DNA from: Candidatus Eiseniibacteriota bacterium
GTDB taxonomy: Bacteria; Eisenbacteria; RBG-16-71-46
Direction of reading: 5' to 3'
NCBI GenBank assembly: GCA_044223005.1
Contig: JBGAML010000011.1
Location: forward strand, 41,169 to 105,168
DNA length: 64,000 nucleotides
The translations under genes were made by a program, and so were the position numbers. The notes beneath the pieces are model-generated. The model did no database searches. It was not told the origin of the DNA and was given only the letters and a program-made list of their open reading frames with translations. Shown here one piece after another: positions 1 to 9,960 of this stretch. The stretch's first letter is position 1, and the number at the start of each line of letters is the position of its first letter.

Positions 1-679
1 CCTCGGCCGCGCCGCGCTCGCGCTCGGCGCCCCGCGCGAGCGCGTGCGCGTGATCCCGTGGGGCATCGACCGCACGCGCTTCGCGCCTGCGGCCCGCCGT
101 ACGCCGGGCCTGCTGCTCAGCACGCGCATGCACGAGGAGGTCTACGACCTCCCGACGCTGCTGCGCGGCGTGGCGCCCGTGCTGGCGCGCCGCCCCGAGG
201 CGTCGCTCGTGATCGCCGGCGACGGCTCGCTGCGCGGCGCACTCGAGCGCGAAGCGGCGGCGCTGCTGCCCGCGGGCCGGTTCCGCTTCGTGGGCCGGCT
301 CTCGCCGGCGGAACTCGCGGACTGGCTCGGCAGGGCGGAAGTCTACCTCTCGGCCTCGCACTCGGATTCCACTTCGCTCTCGCTGCTCGAGGCCATGGCG
401 GCGGGGGCGCTGCCGGTCGTGAGCGACATCGAGGGCAATCGCGAATGGGTCGCCGACGGCGACGGCGCACGGTTCTTCGCGTGTGGCGACGCCGTGGGCG
501 TCGAGCGCGCGGTCGACGCCGCGCTCGGCGACGCCGCGTGGGCGCGGGCCGCCCGCGCGCGCAACGCGGAGGTCGTGGCGCAGCGCGGCGACTGGGCGCG
601 CAACTTCGCGCGCATCGAGTCGGCGTTCGCCGCGCTCGCCGCGGGCCGGCCGCTGCCGGCGGACCCGGGCGCGCCGTGA
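1..679 (+). CDS. GT4-family glycosyltransferase, 5'-truncated by window edge
   Basis: Frame is open from position 2. Contains VIPWGID, LVIAGDG, RFVGRL and SDSTSLSLLEAMAAG...VVSDIEGNRE (GT-B C-terminal motif). Confidence 0.85.
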   Translation, partial: LGRAALALGAPRERVRVIPWGIDRTRFAPAARRTPGLLLSTRMHEEVYDLPTLLRGVAPVLARRPEASLVIAGDGSLRGALEREAAALLPAGRFRFVGRLSPAELADWLGRAEVYLSASHSDSTSLSLLEAMAAGALPVVSDIEGNREWVADGDGARFFACGDAVGVERAVDAALGDAAWARAARARNAEVVAQRGDWARNFARIESAFAALAAGRPLPADPGAP

Positions 680-1956
680 GCCGCCGGCTGCTGCTGCTCG
701 CGCACTTCTATCCGCCGCTCGCGGGCGGCGGCGTGCACCGCGTGCTGGCGTTCACGCGCCACCTGCCGCGCCACGGCTGGGAGTGCACGGTGGTGTGCGC
801 GGGCGCCGAGGACTACTGGGTGCGCGACGAGAGCCTGCTCGCGCGCGTGCCCGCCGGCACCGAAGTGATCCGCGTGCCGGGCGGCAGCGCGCTCTCGACG
901 CTGCTGCGCGGCAAGGGCGGCTCGGGCCGCCGCAGCGCGACCGTGTTCGGCGGCCTGCGTTCGCTCGCGGACTGGTGGCTGCTGCCGGATTCGTACGCGG
1001 GCTGGTCGCGCCGCGCGCGCGGCGCGGTCGCGGCCCGGCTCGCGGCCGGCGGGATCGACGCGGTGCTGTCCACGTCGCCGCCCGACAGCGCGCACCTCGC
1101 GATGGCCGACGTCCTGGGCGCGCGCTCGCTGCCGTGGGTCGTCGACTTCCGCGATCCCTGGATCGGACTCTCGTTCCGCACGCCGCCGACGGCGTGGCAC
1201 CGCGCGCGCCACGAGGCGATGGAGCGCCGCGTGCTCGAGCGCGCGGACCTCGTGCTCGCCGCCTCGCGCACGCATCTCGACCAGCTGCTCGCCCGGACGG
1301 CGGGCCGGCCCCGGCGCGCCGAGTACCTCCCGAACGGCTTCGAGCCCGTGGGCGACGAGACGGCGCCGGAGCCCGACCCGGATCATTTCCGGCTCGCGTA
1401 CACGGGCACGCTGTCGCTCATGGAGGACGCGGGGCTCGTGCTCGAGGCGGTGCACGAGGTGCTCACGCGCCACCCGGAGGCCCGGCGGACGCTGCGGGTC
1501 GACCTCGCGGGGCCCTACGACACCGACTACGAGGACCGCGCGACGGCGCTCGGGCTGACGGGCATCGTCCGCTTCCCGGGCACGCTGGCGCACGCCGAGT
1601 CGCGCGCGCTGCAGCGGCGCGCCGAGGCGCTGCTGCTGTGGAAGCCGCGGGGCGAGGGCTACCGGACGATGGTGCCGGGCAAGCTCTACGAGTACCTCGA
1701 CAGTGGCCGCCCGATCGTCGCCGTGCTCCCGCAGGACGACGAAGCCGCGGCGCTCGTGCGGCGCGGCGGGGGAGAGGTGCACGCCCCGGGCGACCGTGCC
1801 GGACTGGCGCGCGCGCTCGAAACGCGGTACATGGCTTGGAAACGAGACGGGCGCGCGAGTGGCGCGCGCCCCGCCTGGCTGGCCGAGCACGAGCGCGCGC
1901 ATCTCGCGGGCCGGCTGGCGGCCGGGCTCGACGAGTTGTGCGGAGGGAACGCCTGA
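676..1956 (+). CDS. GT4-family glycosyltransferase
   Basis: GTG start overlaps upstream TGA (GTGA). Contains LLAHFYPPLAGGGVHR, DFRDPW, PNGFE, YTGTL, PGKLYEYL. Confidence 0.88.
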   Translation: MSRRLLLLAHFYPPLAGGGVHRVLAFTRHLPRHGWECTVVCAGAEDYWVRDESLLARVPAGTEVIRVPGGSALSTLLRGKGGSGRRSATVFGGLRSLADWWLLPDSYAGWSRRARGAVAARLAAGGIDAVLSTSPPDSAHLAMADVLGARSLPWVVDFRDPWIGLSFRTPPTAWHRARHEAMERRVLERADLVLAASRTHLDQLLARTAGRPRRAEYLPNGFEPVGDETAPEPDPDHFRLAYTGTLSLMEDAGLVLEAVHEVLTRHPEARRTLRVDLAGPYDTDYEDRATALGLTGIVRFPGTLAHAESRALQRRAEALLLWKPRGEGYRTMVPGKLYEYLDSGRPIVAVLPQDDEAAALVRRGGGEVHAPGDRAGLARALETRYMAWKRDGRASGARPAWLAEHERAHLAGRLAAGLDELCGGNA

Positions 1957-3503
1957 TGCCGGTCCAGCGGGGCCCGGTGACGCGCATCGAGATCGCGGGG
2001 CTGGTGGTGGCGCTCGCCCTCGCGCTCGCGCTGATGTGGCCGGTGCGCGGCTACCTCACCGATGACACGTTCATCCACCTGCAGTACGCGCAGAACCTCG
2101 CGCACGGCCACGGCTTCGTATTCAACCGCGGCGAGCACGTCTACGGCAGCACGAGCCCGCTCTGGGTCGCGCTGCTCGCGGACGCGATGATGCTCGGGAT
2201 CGACGGCGTCGCCGCCGCGCGCGCGATCGGGTTCGCGTCGACGATCGCGGCGATCGTGCTCTTCTGGATGCTCATGCGCCGCTCGCTGCGGATCCCCGAA
2301 CTGCGCGCGCTCGCCACGATCACGTGGGCGGGGCACGCGTGGATGATCCGCTGGTCGCTCTCGGGCATGGAGACGCCGCTGGTGGTGGCGCTCGTGCTCG
2401 CGGGCTTCGTCGCGTTCACCGACGGCGTGCAGTGGGGCTCGCGCCCGGTTCGCACGGGCGCATTCTGGGCGCTCGCGGCGCTCACGCGGCCCGAGGCCGT
2501 GTTCCTGCTCGTGCTCTGGGGCGTCTTCCTGGTGATCGACACGGATTCGCGCGAGGGCGTGCGCCGGCTGCTCGCGGGCGCGCTGCCGCCGACGCTCATC
2601 TATGGCGGCTGGCTGGTGTTCGCGCGGCTCTACTTCGGCACGTTCTGGCCGAACACGCTCGCGGCCAAGACGGCCGGCAGCGGCGGCATTCCCGGGCTCG
2701 TCGATTCGTTCCAGCGCCAGGTGCAGGTGGTGGGCGCGACCGACGCGGTGCTCGCCGGCGCGCTCGTCGCGGCGCTCTTCTTCGGCGGCCCGCGGCTCTG
2801 GCCGCGGCGCCGGCAGGCGCAGCGGCTGCTGCCATGGGTGTGGGTCGGCGCGATGCCGGTGCTCTACGGCATGCGCGGCGTGCCGGTCATCTCGCGCTAC
2901 CTCGTGCCGATGCTGCCGGTGCTCGCGTGGCTCGCGTGGCGCGCCGTGGAGCGCTGGTGGGCGGGCGAGGAGCCCGAGCCCGCGGCGCGGCCCGGGGCGG
3001 TGCTGCTGGGGTTGGGACTGTGCGGGCTCGCGCTCGTGCAGAACCTGGTCTGGTACAACGCGGCGGTCGTCCCGCAGGTGCGCAGCTTCACGACGGGCCT
3101 GCGCCAGAGCCTGATCCCGTGGGGCCAGTGGTTCGCGACGCACACCGATCCGGGCGCGACGATCGCCGCGCCGGACATCGGCGCGATCGGCTACTACAGC
3201 CATCGCCGCGTGCTCGACCTCGCGGGCCTCGTGTCGCCGGCGATGATCCCGCTGCTCGAGCGCGCGACGCAGGAGGAGGTCGTCACGGGGTTCGGGTTCG
3301 CGAAGGTGGCGCGCCCGGCGTACCTGATCGATCGCGCGCCGCGCGCGTACGACCTGCTCGGGCGCAGCCGCTGGGCGGCCGCGCTCGAGCCCGTGGGGCA
3401 CGCGGCCGTGCCCAATCTCGGCATCGCGCACCCGGGCAGCGCGGTCTATTCGATCTACCGCGTCAACTGGGCCGCGTACGACTCGATCCGCGCGACGCGC
3501 TGA
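1956..3503 (+). CDS. Polytopic membrane GT-C-like glycosyltransferase (ArnT/PMT/Aft-like)
   Basis: ATG overlaps previous stop (TGATG). Contains the DDTFIHLQYAQNLAHGHG.FN.GE...GSTSPLW loop, SGMET, LTRPE, many TM segments and DIGAIGYY...DLAGL. Confidence 0.7.
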   Translation: MPVQRGPVTRIEIAGLVVALALALALMWPVRGYLTDDTFIHLQYAQNLAHGHGFVFNRGEHVYGSTSPLWVALLADAMMLGIDGVAAARAIGFASTIAAIVLFWMLMRRSLRIPELRALATITWAGHAWMIRWSLSGMETPLVVALVLAGFVAFTDGVQWGSRPVRTGAFWALAALTRPEAVFLLVLWGVFLVIDTDSREGVRRLLAGALPPTLIYGGWLVFARLYFGTFWPNTLAAKTAGSGGIPGLVDSFQRQVQVVGATDAVLAGALVAALFFGGPRLWPRRRQAQRLLPWVWVGAMPVLYGMRGVPVISRYLVPMLPVLAWLAWRAVERWWAGEEPEPAARPGAVLLGLGLCGLALVQNLVWYNAAVVPQVRSFTTGLRQSLIPWGQWFATHTDPGATIAAPDIGAIGYYSHRRVLDLAGLVSPAMIPLLERATQEEVVTGFGFAKVARPAYLIDRAPRAYDLLGRSRWAAALEPVGHAAVPNLGIAHPGSAVYSIYRVNWAAYDSIRATR

Positions 3504-3550
3504 CGGTCGCGACGCGTTGAACAGCTGAGCATTTCGTCGCACCGCCCCCC

Positions 3551-3811
3551 GGTCCGAGGTGCCCGGGGATCCGCTGGAGGGACCGCTCCTCGCACGGCAT
3601 CCTGCCGTGCTCGTCACTAGGCGTCCGCGCGCACCCGCCATCCCTGGCTCCTGTGCGCGCTCCCGACTTCCCTCCATCGGACCCCCGGGCACCTCGGACC
3701 TGCCGCCACCACCGCCCACTGCGGATCGACTTGCTGACGCGCTCACCGCGTGAGCGAATCGTCGCACACTCCCCGGGCACCTCGGACCTGCCGCCACCAC
3801 CACTCACTGCG
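3551..3811. repeat. MITE/REP-like element with 32-bp inverted repeats plus an extra direct copy of the right arm
   Basis: 3551-3582 is the reverse complement of 3669-3700 with 2 mismatches. Internal palindromes GCACGGCATCCTGCCGTGC and GCCATCCCTGGC. About 41 bp from 3683 recurs at 3771-3811. Confidence 0.75.
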
Positions 3812-3890
3812 AATGGGGTGTGCGATGCGGTTGTCTATGCTGCACACACGTGCAGCGCCCGCTTTTTTCGCGGGTGCGCGCGATTTTTCT

Positions 3891-3919
3891 TTGACTCGTT
3901 CCCGGGCCGAACCTATTCT
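3891..3919 (+). promoter_or_regulatory. sigma70-type promoter of the dcw cluster
   Basis: TTGACT-N17-TATTCT, about 70 bp upstream of mraZ. Confidence 0.75.
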
Positions 3920-3925
3920 GCGGCG

Positions 3926-3970
3926 GTGGTGATTTTTGGGGAGGCGGGGGGAAATCGGAGGATCGGTGGA
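3926..3970 (+). promoter_or_regulatory. Probable MraZ operator (G-rich repeats at 10-bp spacing)
   Basis: GTGGT/TTGGG/GGGGG/CGGAG/GTGGA at 3926, 3936, 3946, 3956, 3966. Matches the known TGGG/GTGG 10-bp repeat architecture of MraZ sites. Confidence 0.6.
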
Positions 3971-3990
3971 TCCCCGCGGGAGCGAGCGTC

Positions 3991-4440
3991 ATGGCGACTT
4001 TCTACGGCACGGCCAACTACTCGATCGACGACAAGGGACGCATCGTGGTCCCGGCGGCGATGCGCGTGGTCCCGGGCCGCAAGACCCCACTGACGACGTT
4101 CATCCTCCTGATGGGCCTCGGCGGCTGCCTGTGGTTGTACGCCGAAGAGGACTGGAAGGTCTTCGAGGAGCGCCTGGCCAGGATGGCCATGGGCAAGAAG
4201 GCACAGAGGGATTTCGCCCGGGCGTTCCTCGTGGATGCGAGCAAGGTGACGGTGGACAAGCAGGGACGCATCTCGGTTCCACCGTCGCTCATCGGCCGTG
4301 CAGGCCTCGGCAAGGATGCCGTCCTGCACGGCCAAGTCGGCCGGATCGAGATCTGGGCTCCCGACCGGTTCCGTGAATCGATCGAACCCGTCCTCGAGAA
4401 CATGGACGCGCACTACGACGAAGCGCTCGGAGACCTGTGA
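3991..4440 (+). CDS. mraZ: Division/cell-wall transcriptional repressor MraZ
   Basis: Two DxKGR/DKQGR SpoVT-AbrB repeats, RIEIW; first gene of the dcw cluster. Confidence 0.95.
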   Translation: MATFYGTANYSIDDKGRIVVPAAMRVVPGRKTPLTTFILLMGLGGCLWLYAEEDWKVFEERLARMAMGKKAQRDFARAFLVDASKVTVDKQGRISVPPSLIGRAGLGKDAVLHGQVGRIEIWAPDRFRESIEPVLENMDAHYDEALGDL

Positions 4441-4892
4441 TGATGGTGGCGGCGCAGGCGGCACTGGACGTGCGGCAGGCTCTCGCGGTGAACCTCCAGT
4501 TCACCCGCGGGCGCCACGGCGCCGCGGCGCGGATCGAGCTCCTCGATCGCCCCGCGGGCCGGCTCGCCACGGTCGCGCTGCGCGGGTGGGTGGACCTGCC
4601 CGCGGGACGCCGCATCGAGCAGACGCTCGACGATCTCGCCGCACGCGGCGCGACGCAGCTGCTCGTGGACTGCTCGCAGCTGCGCCACATCGACTACCGC
4701 ATGGTGCCGCGCCTCGTCGAGGCACTGGCGCGCTTCGAGACGCGGGTGGGACCGGTCGCGGTGTGCGGGTTGTCCCGCTACCTGCACGACCTCTTCCGTC
4801 TCTCGGGCTGCGACGGGCACCTGCACCAATGGCCGTCGGCGGCGGACGTTCTCGCCTCCGCCGCGGGGTCCGCGCGTGGACGTGCGTCATGA
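4437..4892 (+). CDS. STAS-domain (anti-sigma antagonist-like) protein
   Basis: VALRGWVD...LLVDCSQLRHID...VAVCGLS..LHDLFRLSG is a STAS pattern. Overlaps both the mraZ stop and the rsmH start. Confidence 0.75.
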   Translation: MMMVAAQAALDVRQALAVNLQFTRGRHGAAARIELLDRPAGRLATVALRGWVDLPAGRRIEQTLDDLAARGATQLLVDCSQLRHIDYRMVPRLVEALARFETRVGPVAVCGLSRYLHDLFRLSGCDGHLHQWPSAADVLASAAGSARGRAS

Positions 4893-5799
4893 GCCGGTGC
4901 TGCGGCGCGAGACGCTGGAATTCCTGCTCGGCGGCCCCGGGCTCTACCTCGACGCGACCCTCGGCGACGGCGGGCACTCGCTCGCGCTGCTCGAGGCCGA
5001 TGCAGGCGTGCGGCTGCTCGGCTGCGACCGGGACCCGGCCGCGCTGCGCGTCGCCGGCGAGCGCCTCGCGCGCTTCGGGGACCGTGTGATGCTCCGGCAC
5101 GCCGCGTTCCGCGACCTGCCCGGTGCGCACCGGGACGCGGGCGGCGAGCCGCTGGCCGGCGCCCTGTTCGACTTCGGCCTGTCCTCGCGCCAGATCGACG
5201 ATCCCGCGCGCGGCATCAGCTTCTCGCAGGACGGACCGCTCGACATGCGGATGGATCCCACGGCGGGCGACGCGCTGTCGGCGCGGCTCGCGCGCGCGGA
5301 CGAGGCCGAGGTCGCGCAGGTGCTGCGCGAGTACGGCGACGTGCGCGGCGCGGCGCGGCTCGCGCGTGCGCTGGTCGCCGCGGCGCGCGAGGGCGCGCTC
5401 GCGACCACGCGCCAGCTCGCGGACCTGACCGGCCGCACGCTGGCCGACCGCCGTCCCGGTGCGCTCGCTCCGGTCTTCCAGGCGCTGCGCGTCTGGGTGA
5501 ACGACGAGATGGGAGAGATCGACGCGGCACTGGACTGGCTGCCCGGCGCGATGCGCGACGGCGGCCGGGTGGTGACGCTCGCGTACCACTCCGGCGAGGA
5601 TCGCCGGGTGAAGCACGCGCTGCGCGGTGCGCCGCGCGTGACGCCGAATCGCCGCCGGCCCGTCATGGATGACGGGGCGGCGGCGGGACCGTGGGAGGAA
5701 CTGACGCGGAAGGTCGTCGTCCCCTCCGACGAGGAGCAGCAGGGCAACCCGCGCGCACGCAGCGCGCGGCTCAGGGCTTTCCGGAGGAAGCCGAGATGA
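4876..5799 (+). CDS. rsmH: 16S rRNA m4C1402 methyltransferase RsmH/MraW
   Basis: HEPVL, DATLGDGGHS, DFGLSSRQID, GPLDMRMD, FQALRVWVN, YHSGEDR, NPRARSARLR. Confidence 0.96.
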   Translation: MDVRHEPVLRRETLEFLLGGPGLYLDATLGDGGHSLALLEADAGVRLLGCDRDPAALRVAGERLARFGDRVMLRHAAFRDLPGAHRDAGGEPLAGALFDFGLSSRQIDDPARGISFSQDGPLDMRMDPTAGDALSARLARADEAEVAQVLREYGDVRGAARLARALVAAAREGALATTRQLADLTGRTLADRRPGALAPVFQALRVWVNDEMGEIDAALDWLPGAMRDGGRVVTLAYHSGEDRRVKHALRGAPRVTPNRRRPVMDDGAAAGPWEELTRKVVVPSDEEQQGNPRARSARLRAFRRKPR

Positions 5800-6230
5800 A
5801 ATTCGACCGGGTCCGATCGGTCCCCTCGTGGCGCGTTTCGGACACGCGCGCGTTCCGGCCCCACCTGGCGCTCGCCGCGGTGGCGGTGATGGGCGTCCTG
5901 CTCATGGAGGTCTGGCAGTGCTCCACCGTGGCCAGCCTGAGCGAGCAGGTCGGCCGCGCGACGCACTCGCTGCAGCAGGCGAGCGCCGAGTACGAATGGA
6001 CGCGCGCGCAGCTCGAGCGGGCGTCGAGCCGCACGTCCCTGGGACCGGTCGCCGGTGCGATCGGGCTGCATCCCACGGATCCGCAGCGGATCGTGCTCCT
6101 GCCCGAGGACTACCTCGAGCCGGCCGAGTCGCGGCCGGCGCCTTCGTCGCGGTCGCTGCTCGCGCTCGCGGGCCGCGCCGTGCAATCCATCGTGCCGGAC
6201 GCCTCGGCACGCGGACGCAACGTGAACTGA
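5796..6230 (+). CDS. ftsL: FtsL-like cell division protein
   Basis: Lies between rsmH and ftsI with ATGA overlap. Short N-tail, one TM helix, then a coiled coil ending A..IGL. Confidence 0.6.
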   Translation: MKFDRVRSVPSWRVSDTRAFRPHLALAAVAVMGVLLMEVWQCSTVASLSEQVGRATHSLQQASAEYEWTRAQLERASSRTSLGPVAGAIGLHPTDPQRIVLLPEDYLEPAESRPAPSSRSLLALAGRAVQSIVPDASARGRNVN

Positions 6231-6340
6231 TTCGATCGCTCACAACTCAACGGGCGACCGGTCCGATGTGCCGGCCGCGCCGCAGCACCGCGCAAGTGGG
6301 TCGGTGGTCCGCGTGAACCACCGTTCCATGGAGGGAACAG

Positions 6341-8473
6341 TTGGCCCACAGGGACATGCGCAAGAGTCGGGTGCTGTTGGCTGCGGCCGGCCTCTTTTTC
6401 TTCCTCGCCTGCCTCTGGGTACGCGTGGCGTGGCTGCAGGTGGCGCTGCACGAGCACTTCGCCGCGCGTGCGGCCGAGAACCAGCTCCAGCGCCACAAGC
6501 TCGTGCCGCGGCGCGGCGAGCTGCTCGATCGCTCGGGCCGCGTCATGGCGCGCGACCTGCCCGTCAGCCGCGTGGCCGTCTACCGGCCGCAGCTGGGTGA
6601 CCTCGGCAAGGTCGCGAAGGCGCTCGCGCCGCTGCTCGGCCGCACGCCGGCCGCGCTCCTGCGCACGCTGCGCGAGGTGCGCGGCTTCGCGCTGATCTCG
6701 GGCGAGGTGCCGCCGGAGGTGGGCGACCGCGTGCGCGCACTGCGCCTGGGCGGCGTGGTGGTCGAGGACGACACGCGCCGTGACTATCGCTACGGCGTCG
6801 CGGCGAGCGAGGTGCTCGGCCGCACGAACCGCGACAACGTCGGCGCCGACGGGCTGGAGCTGCAGTACGACGCCGAACTCGGCGGCCAGTCGGGGTGGGA
6901 GACCATGGTGCGCGCGGGGACTTCGCGCGTGCTGCGGCTGCCCGGCGCCGACGGCCGTCCGGCCCGCGACGGCGCCTCGCTGGTCACGACGATCGACGCC
7001 GACCTGCAGGCGAGTCTCGAGCAGCACCTCGCGCGCGCCGTGGATACGCTGCACGCGCAGCGCGGTTTCGCCGTCTTCCTCGACCCGTGGACGGGCGAGG
7101 TGCGCGCGGCGGCGTGCGTGCCGCACCTGCCGCCGGGCAAGGCCAAGAACTGGAACGTTACCGACCAGTACGAGCCCGGCTCGACGTTCAAGATCGTGGT
7201 CGCGGGTGCGTCGCTCGAGGAAGGCACGGCGCGTCCCGACGAGTACTTCGTCGCCGGTCACGAGCTCGACGTGCCGGGGCGGCCCATCCACGACTCGCAC
7301 GAGCACCCGGGCTACACGTTCTTCGGCGCGGTGCAGAACTCGAGCAACATCGTCTGCGCCAAGCTCGGCATGCGCCTGGGCGCCGAGCGGCTCTACCGCT
7401 ACGCGACCTCGCTCGGGTTCGGCGAACTGACCGGGCTCGAGTTCCCCGGTGAGACGAGCGGCAAGCTGCGGCCCGTCTCCGCGTGGCAGCCGCGCTCGAC
7501 GCCGACCATTTCGATCGGGCAGGAAGTGGCGGTGACGCCGCTGCAGCTGGCGCTCGCGTACGGCGCGATCGCCAACGGCGGCGTGCTCATGGCGCCGCTG
7601 CTCACGCGCGAACTGCGCGGCGCCGACGGCCGCGTGCTGCGCCGCTGGGAGCCGCAGCCGACGCGGCGCGTGTTCAGCGAGGCCACGACCTCGGAGCTGC
7701 GCCAGATGCTGTGCGCCGTGGTCGACAGCGGCACCGCGACCGCCGCGCGCCTGCACGGCCTGCGCGTCGCGGGCAAGACCGGCACCGCGCAGAAGGTCGA
7801 CATGGTCACGCACCGCTACGGTGCAGGCATGTACATCTCGTCGTTCGCCGGGTTCGCGCCCGCCGACCATCCGCGTCTCGTGGGCGTCGTCGTGATCGAC
7901 GAACCGCGCGGCTCGATCTACTACGGCGGCCAGGCGGCCGCGCCCGTCTTCCGCGAAGTCATGCTCGACCTGATGCGCCAGCCCGACGGTCTGCTGGGGC
8001 CGTCGAGCAGCCCCATCGCCGCGCGTCCGCCGGAGCTGCCCGCCGTCACCGCGCCCGACCTGCGCCTGCTGCCCGCGCGCGAAGCCGAACGCCGGCTGCG
8101 CGACTTCGGCCTGCGCGCGCACTTCGAGGGCGACGGCCCGCGCGTCCTTTCGCAGTCGCCCGCCGCCGGTGCTCCCGTGGAGCGCGGCGGTGCGGTCGTC
8201 GCCTATCTTTCGCCGCCTCGGGATTCGCTCGGCCGGACGCTGCCCGACCTGGTCGGGATGCCGGTCCGCGAGGCGTTGCGCCAACTCTCGCTGCGCCAGG
8301 TCAAGGTCCACCTCGAAGGCAGTGGACTCGTCGTGCGCCAGGAACCGTCGCCGGGAACGGCGCTGCCCCTCGCGGGTGGCTGCCGCCTCTGGTGCTCGGA
8401 CTCCGGCGTCGCGTCGGGTCCCACGCGCCCGGACGAGGAGGCCCTGGCCGCGGTGCCGACGCGCCGGCCGTGA
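6341..8473 (+). CDS. ftsI: Class B penicillin-binding protein FtsI with two C-terminal PASTA domains
   Basis: RGELLDRSG, GLELQYD, TTIDADLQ; catalytic STFK, SSN and KTG motifs; PDLR/PDLVG...QSP/QEP PASTA repeats. TTG start follows GGAGGG (alternative ATG at 6356). Confidence 0.93.
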   Translation: MAHRDMRKSRVLLAAAGLFFFLACLWVRVAWLQVALHEHFAARAAENQLQRHKLVPRRGELLDRSGRVMARDLPVSRVAVYRPQLGDLGKVAKALAPLLGRTPAALLRTLREVRGFALISGEVPPEVGDRVRALRLGGVVVEDDTRRDYRYGVAASEVLGRTNRDNVGADGLELQYDAELGGQSGWETMVRAGTSRVLRLPGADGRPARDGASLVTTIDADLQASLEQHLARAVDTLHAQRGFAVFLDPWTGEVRAAACVPHLPPGKAKNWNVTDQYEPGSTFKIVVAGASLEEGTARPDEYFVAGHELDVPGRPIHDSHEHPGYTFFGAVQNSSNIVCAKLGMRLGAERLYRYATSLGFGELTGLEFPGETSGKLRPVSAWQPRSTPTISIGQEVAVTPLQLALAYGAIANGGVLMAPLLTRELRGADGRVLRRWEPQPTRRVFSEATTSELRQMLCAVVDSGTATAARLHGLRVAGKTGTAQKVDMVTHRYGAGMYISSFAGFAPADHPRLVGVVVIDEPRGSIYYGGQAAAPVFREVMLDLMRQPDGLLGPSSSPIAARPPELPAVTAPDLRLLPAREAERRLRDFGLRAHFEGDGPRVLSQSPAAGAPVERGGAVVAYLSPPRDSLGRTLPDLVGMPVREALRQLSLRQVKVHLEGSGLVVRQEPSPGTALPLAGGCRLWCSDSGVASGPTRPDEEALAAVPTRRP

Positions 8474-9960
8474 CGCTGCGCGAGCTGCTGGCCGCGCTGC
8501 CGGGCGCGCGCGTGCGCGGCCCCGTGGACGCCACCGTCGCCGCGCTGACGCTCGATTCGCGCCGTGTCGGGCCGGGGCACGTGTTCTTCGCCCTGCCGGG
8601 TGCGAAGGCCGACGGGGCGCGCTTCGCGGCCGCCGCGATCGCCGCCGGCGCGATCGCCGTGGTCGGACCGCCGGGACTCGCGGCCGACGGCACGACGGTG
8701 GTCGAGGTGGACGATCCGCGGCTCGCGCTCGCGCAGGCCGCGTGCGCGTTCCAGGGCGAGCCCTCGCGCGCGATGCGCGTCGTCGCGGTGACGGGCACCA
8801 ACGGCAAGACGACCACGACGTACCTTCTCGAGGCGATCTTCACCGCCGCCGGCTGGCGCGCAGGCGTGATCGGCACCACGGGTATCCGCATCGACGGCGA
8901 GGTGCGCCCGAGCGCGTTCACGACCCCCGAGGCGCCCGAGCTGCAGGGCCTGCTCGCGACCATGCGCGAGCGCGGCGTGCAGGCGGTGGCGATGGAGGCG
9001 AGCAGTCACGCGCTCGCGCAGCGCCGCACGTGGGGGCTCGCGGTGGACGTCGCGATCTTCACCAACCTGACGCAGGACCACCTCGACTTCCACGGCACCA
9101 TGGACGCGTACCGGGACGCCAAGCTCATGCTGTTCGACGGCCGCAACGGGCCCGCGGCCAAGTCCGCGGTCGCGGTCGTGAACGCCGACGATCCGGCGGC
9201 CGGGCAGGTGATCGCGGCGGCGCGCGCGGGCGGGATGGAGGCGTGGAGCTTCGGCGGGCCCGCGGGCGATCGCGCGCTGGACGTCGCGCTCGAGCGCGTC
9301 GCGCCCGGCCCCGGCGGGCTCGAGCTGCGGCTCGTCACCGATCGCGCCGGCGAGCCGGCCGAGCGCACGCTCGCGCTGCCGATGCTCGGGCGCTACAACG
9401 CGTGGAACGCCGCCGGCGCCTACGCCGCGGCACTCGCGCTCGGGCTCTCGGCCGAGGAGATCGAGACCGGCCTGCGCAGCTTCCGCGGGGTTCCCGGGCG
9501 CCTCGAGCGCGTGGACGCCGGGCAGCCGTTCACGCTCGTGGTCGATTACGCGCACACGCCCGACGCGCTCGAGCGCGCGCTGGCCGCGTGCCGCGAGCAC
9601 ACCACGTCGCGCGTCCTGTGCGTCTTCGGCTGTGGCGGCGACCGCGACCGCGGCAAGCGGCCGCAGATGGGCGCGCTCGCCGCACGGCTCGCCGATCGCG
9701 CCTGGGTGACCAACGACAATCCGCGCTCCGAAGACCCGGACGCGATCGCCGCCGAGATCGTCGCGGGCGCGCCCGCGGGCGGGCTCGTCACGATCCTCGA
9801 TCGCCGCGCGGCGATCGCCGCCGCCGTCGCCGAGGCGCGGCCCGGCGACGTCGTGCTGGTGGCGGGCAAGGGGCACGAGAGCACGCAGACGATCGGCGAC
9901 CAGGTGACGCCGTTCGACGACCGCGTGGTGGCGCGCGAAGCGCTGGAGGCGCGCCGATGA
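8470..9960 (+). CDS. murE: UDP-MurNAc-tripeptide synthetase MurE (meso-DAP type)
   Basis: VTGTNGKTT, TTPE, MEASSH, FTNLTQDHLDFH, VDYAHTPD, DNPRSED, AGKGHE. Confidence 0.96.
   Translation: MTLRELLAALPGARVRGPVDATVAALTLDSRRVGPGHVFFALPGAKADGARFAAAAIAAGAIAVVGPPGLAADGTTVVEVDDPRLALAQAACAFQGEPSRAMRVVAVTGTNGKTTTTYLLEAIFTAAGWRAGVIGTTGIRIDGEVRPSAFTTPEAPELQGLLATMRERGVQAVAMEASSHALAQRRTWGLAVDVAIFTNLTQDHLDFHGTMDAYRDAKLMLFDGRNGPAAKSAVAVVNADDPAAGQVIAAARAGGMEAWSFGGPAGDRALDVALERVAPGPGGLELRLVTDRAGEPAERTLALPMLGRYNAWNAAGAYAAALALGLSAEEIETGLRSFRGVPGRLERVDAGQPFTLVVDYAHTPDALERALAACREHTTSRVLCVFGCGGDRDRGKRPQMGALAARLADRAWVTNDNPRSEDPDAIAAEIVAGAPAGGLVTILDRRAAIAAAVAEARPGDVVLVAGKGHESTQTIGDQVTPFDDRVVAREALEARR

Noticed and set aside
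3683..3811. Direct repeats with a spacer, as a possible CRISPR
   Set aside because: Only two direct copies, part of an inverted-repeat element, and no cas genes.
6240..6270. sigma28-like motif before ftsI (…TCCGATGT)
   Set aside because: Both boxes deviate from the three well-matched sites.
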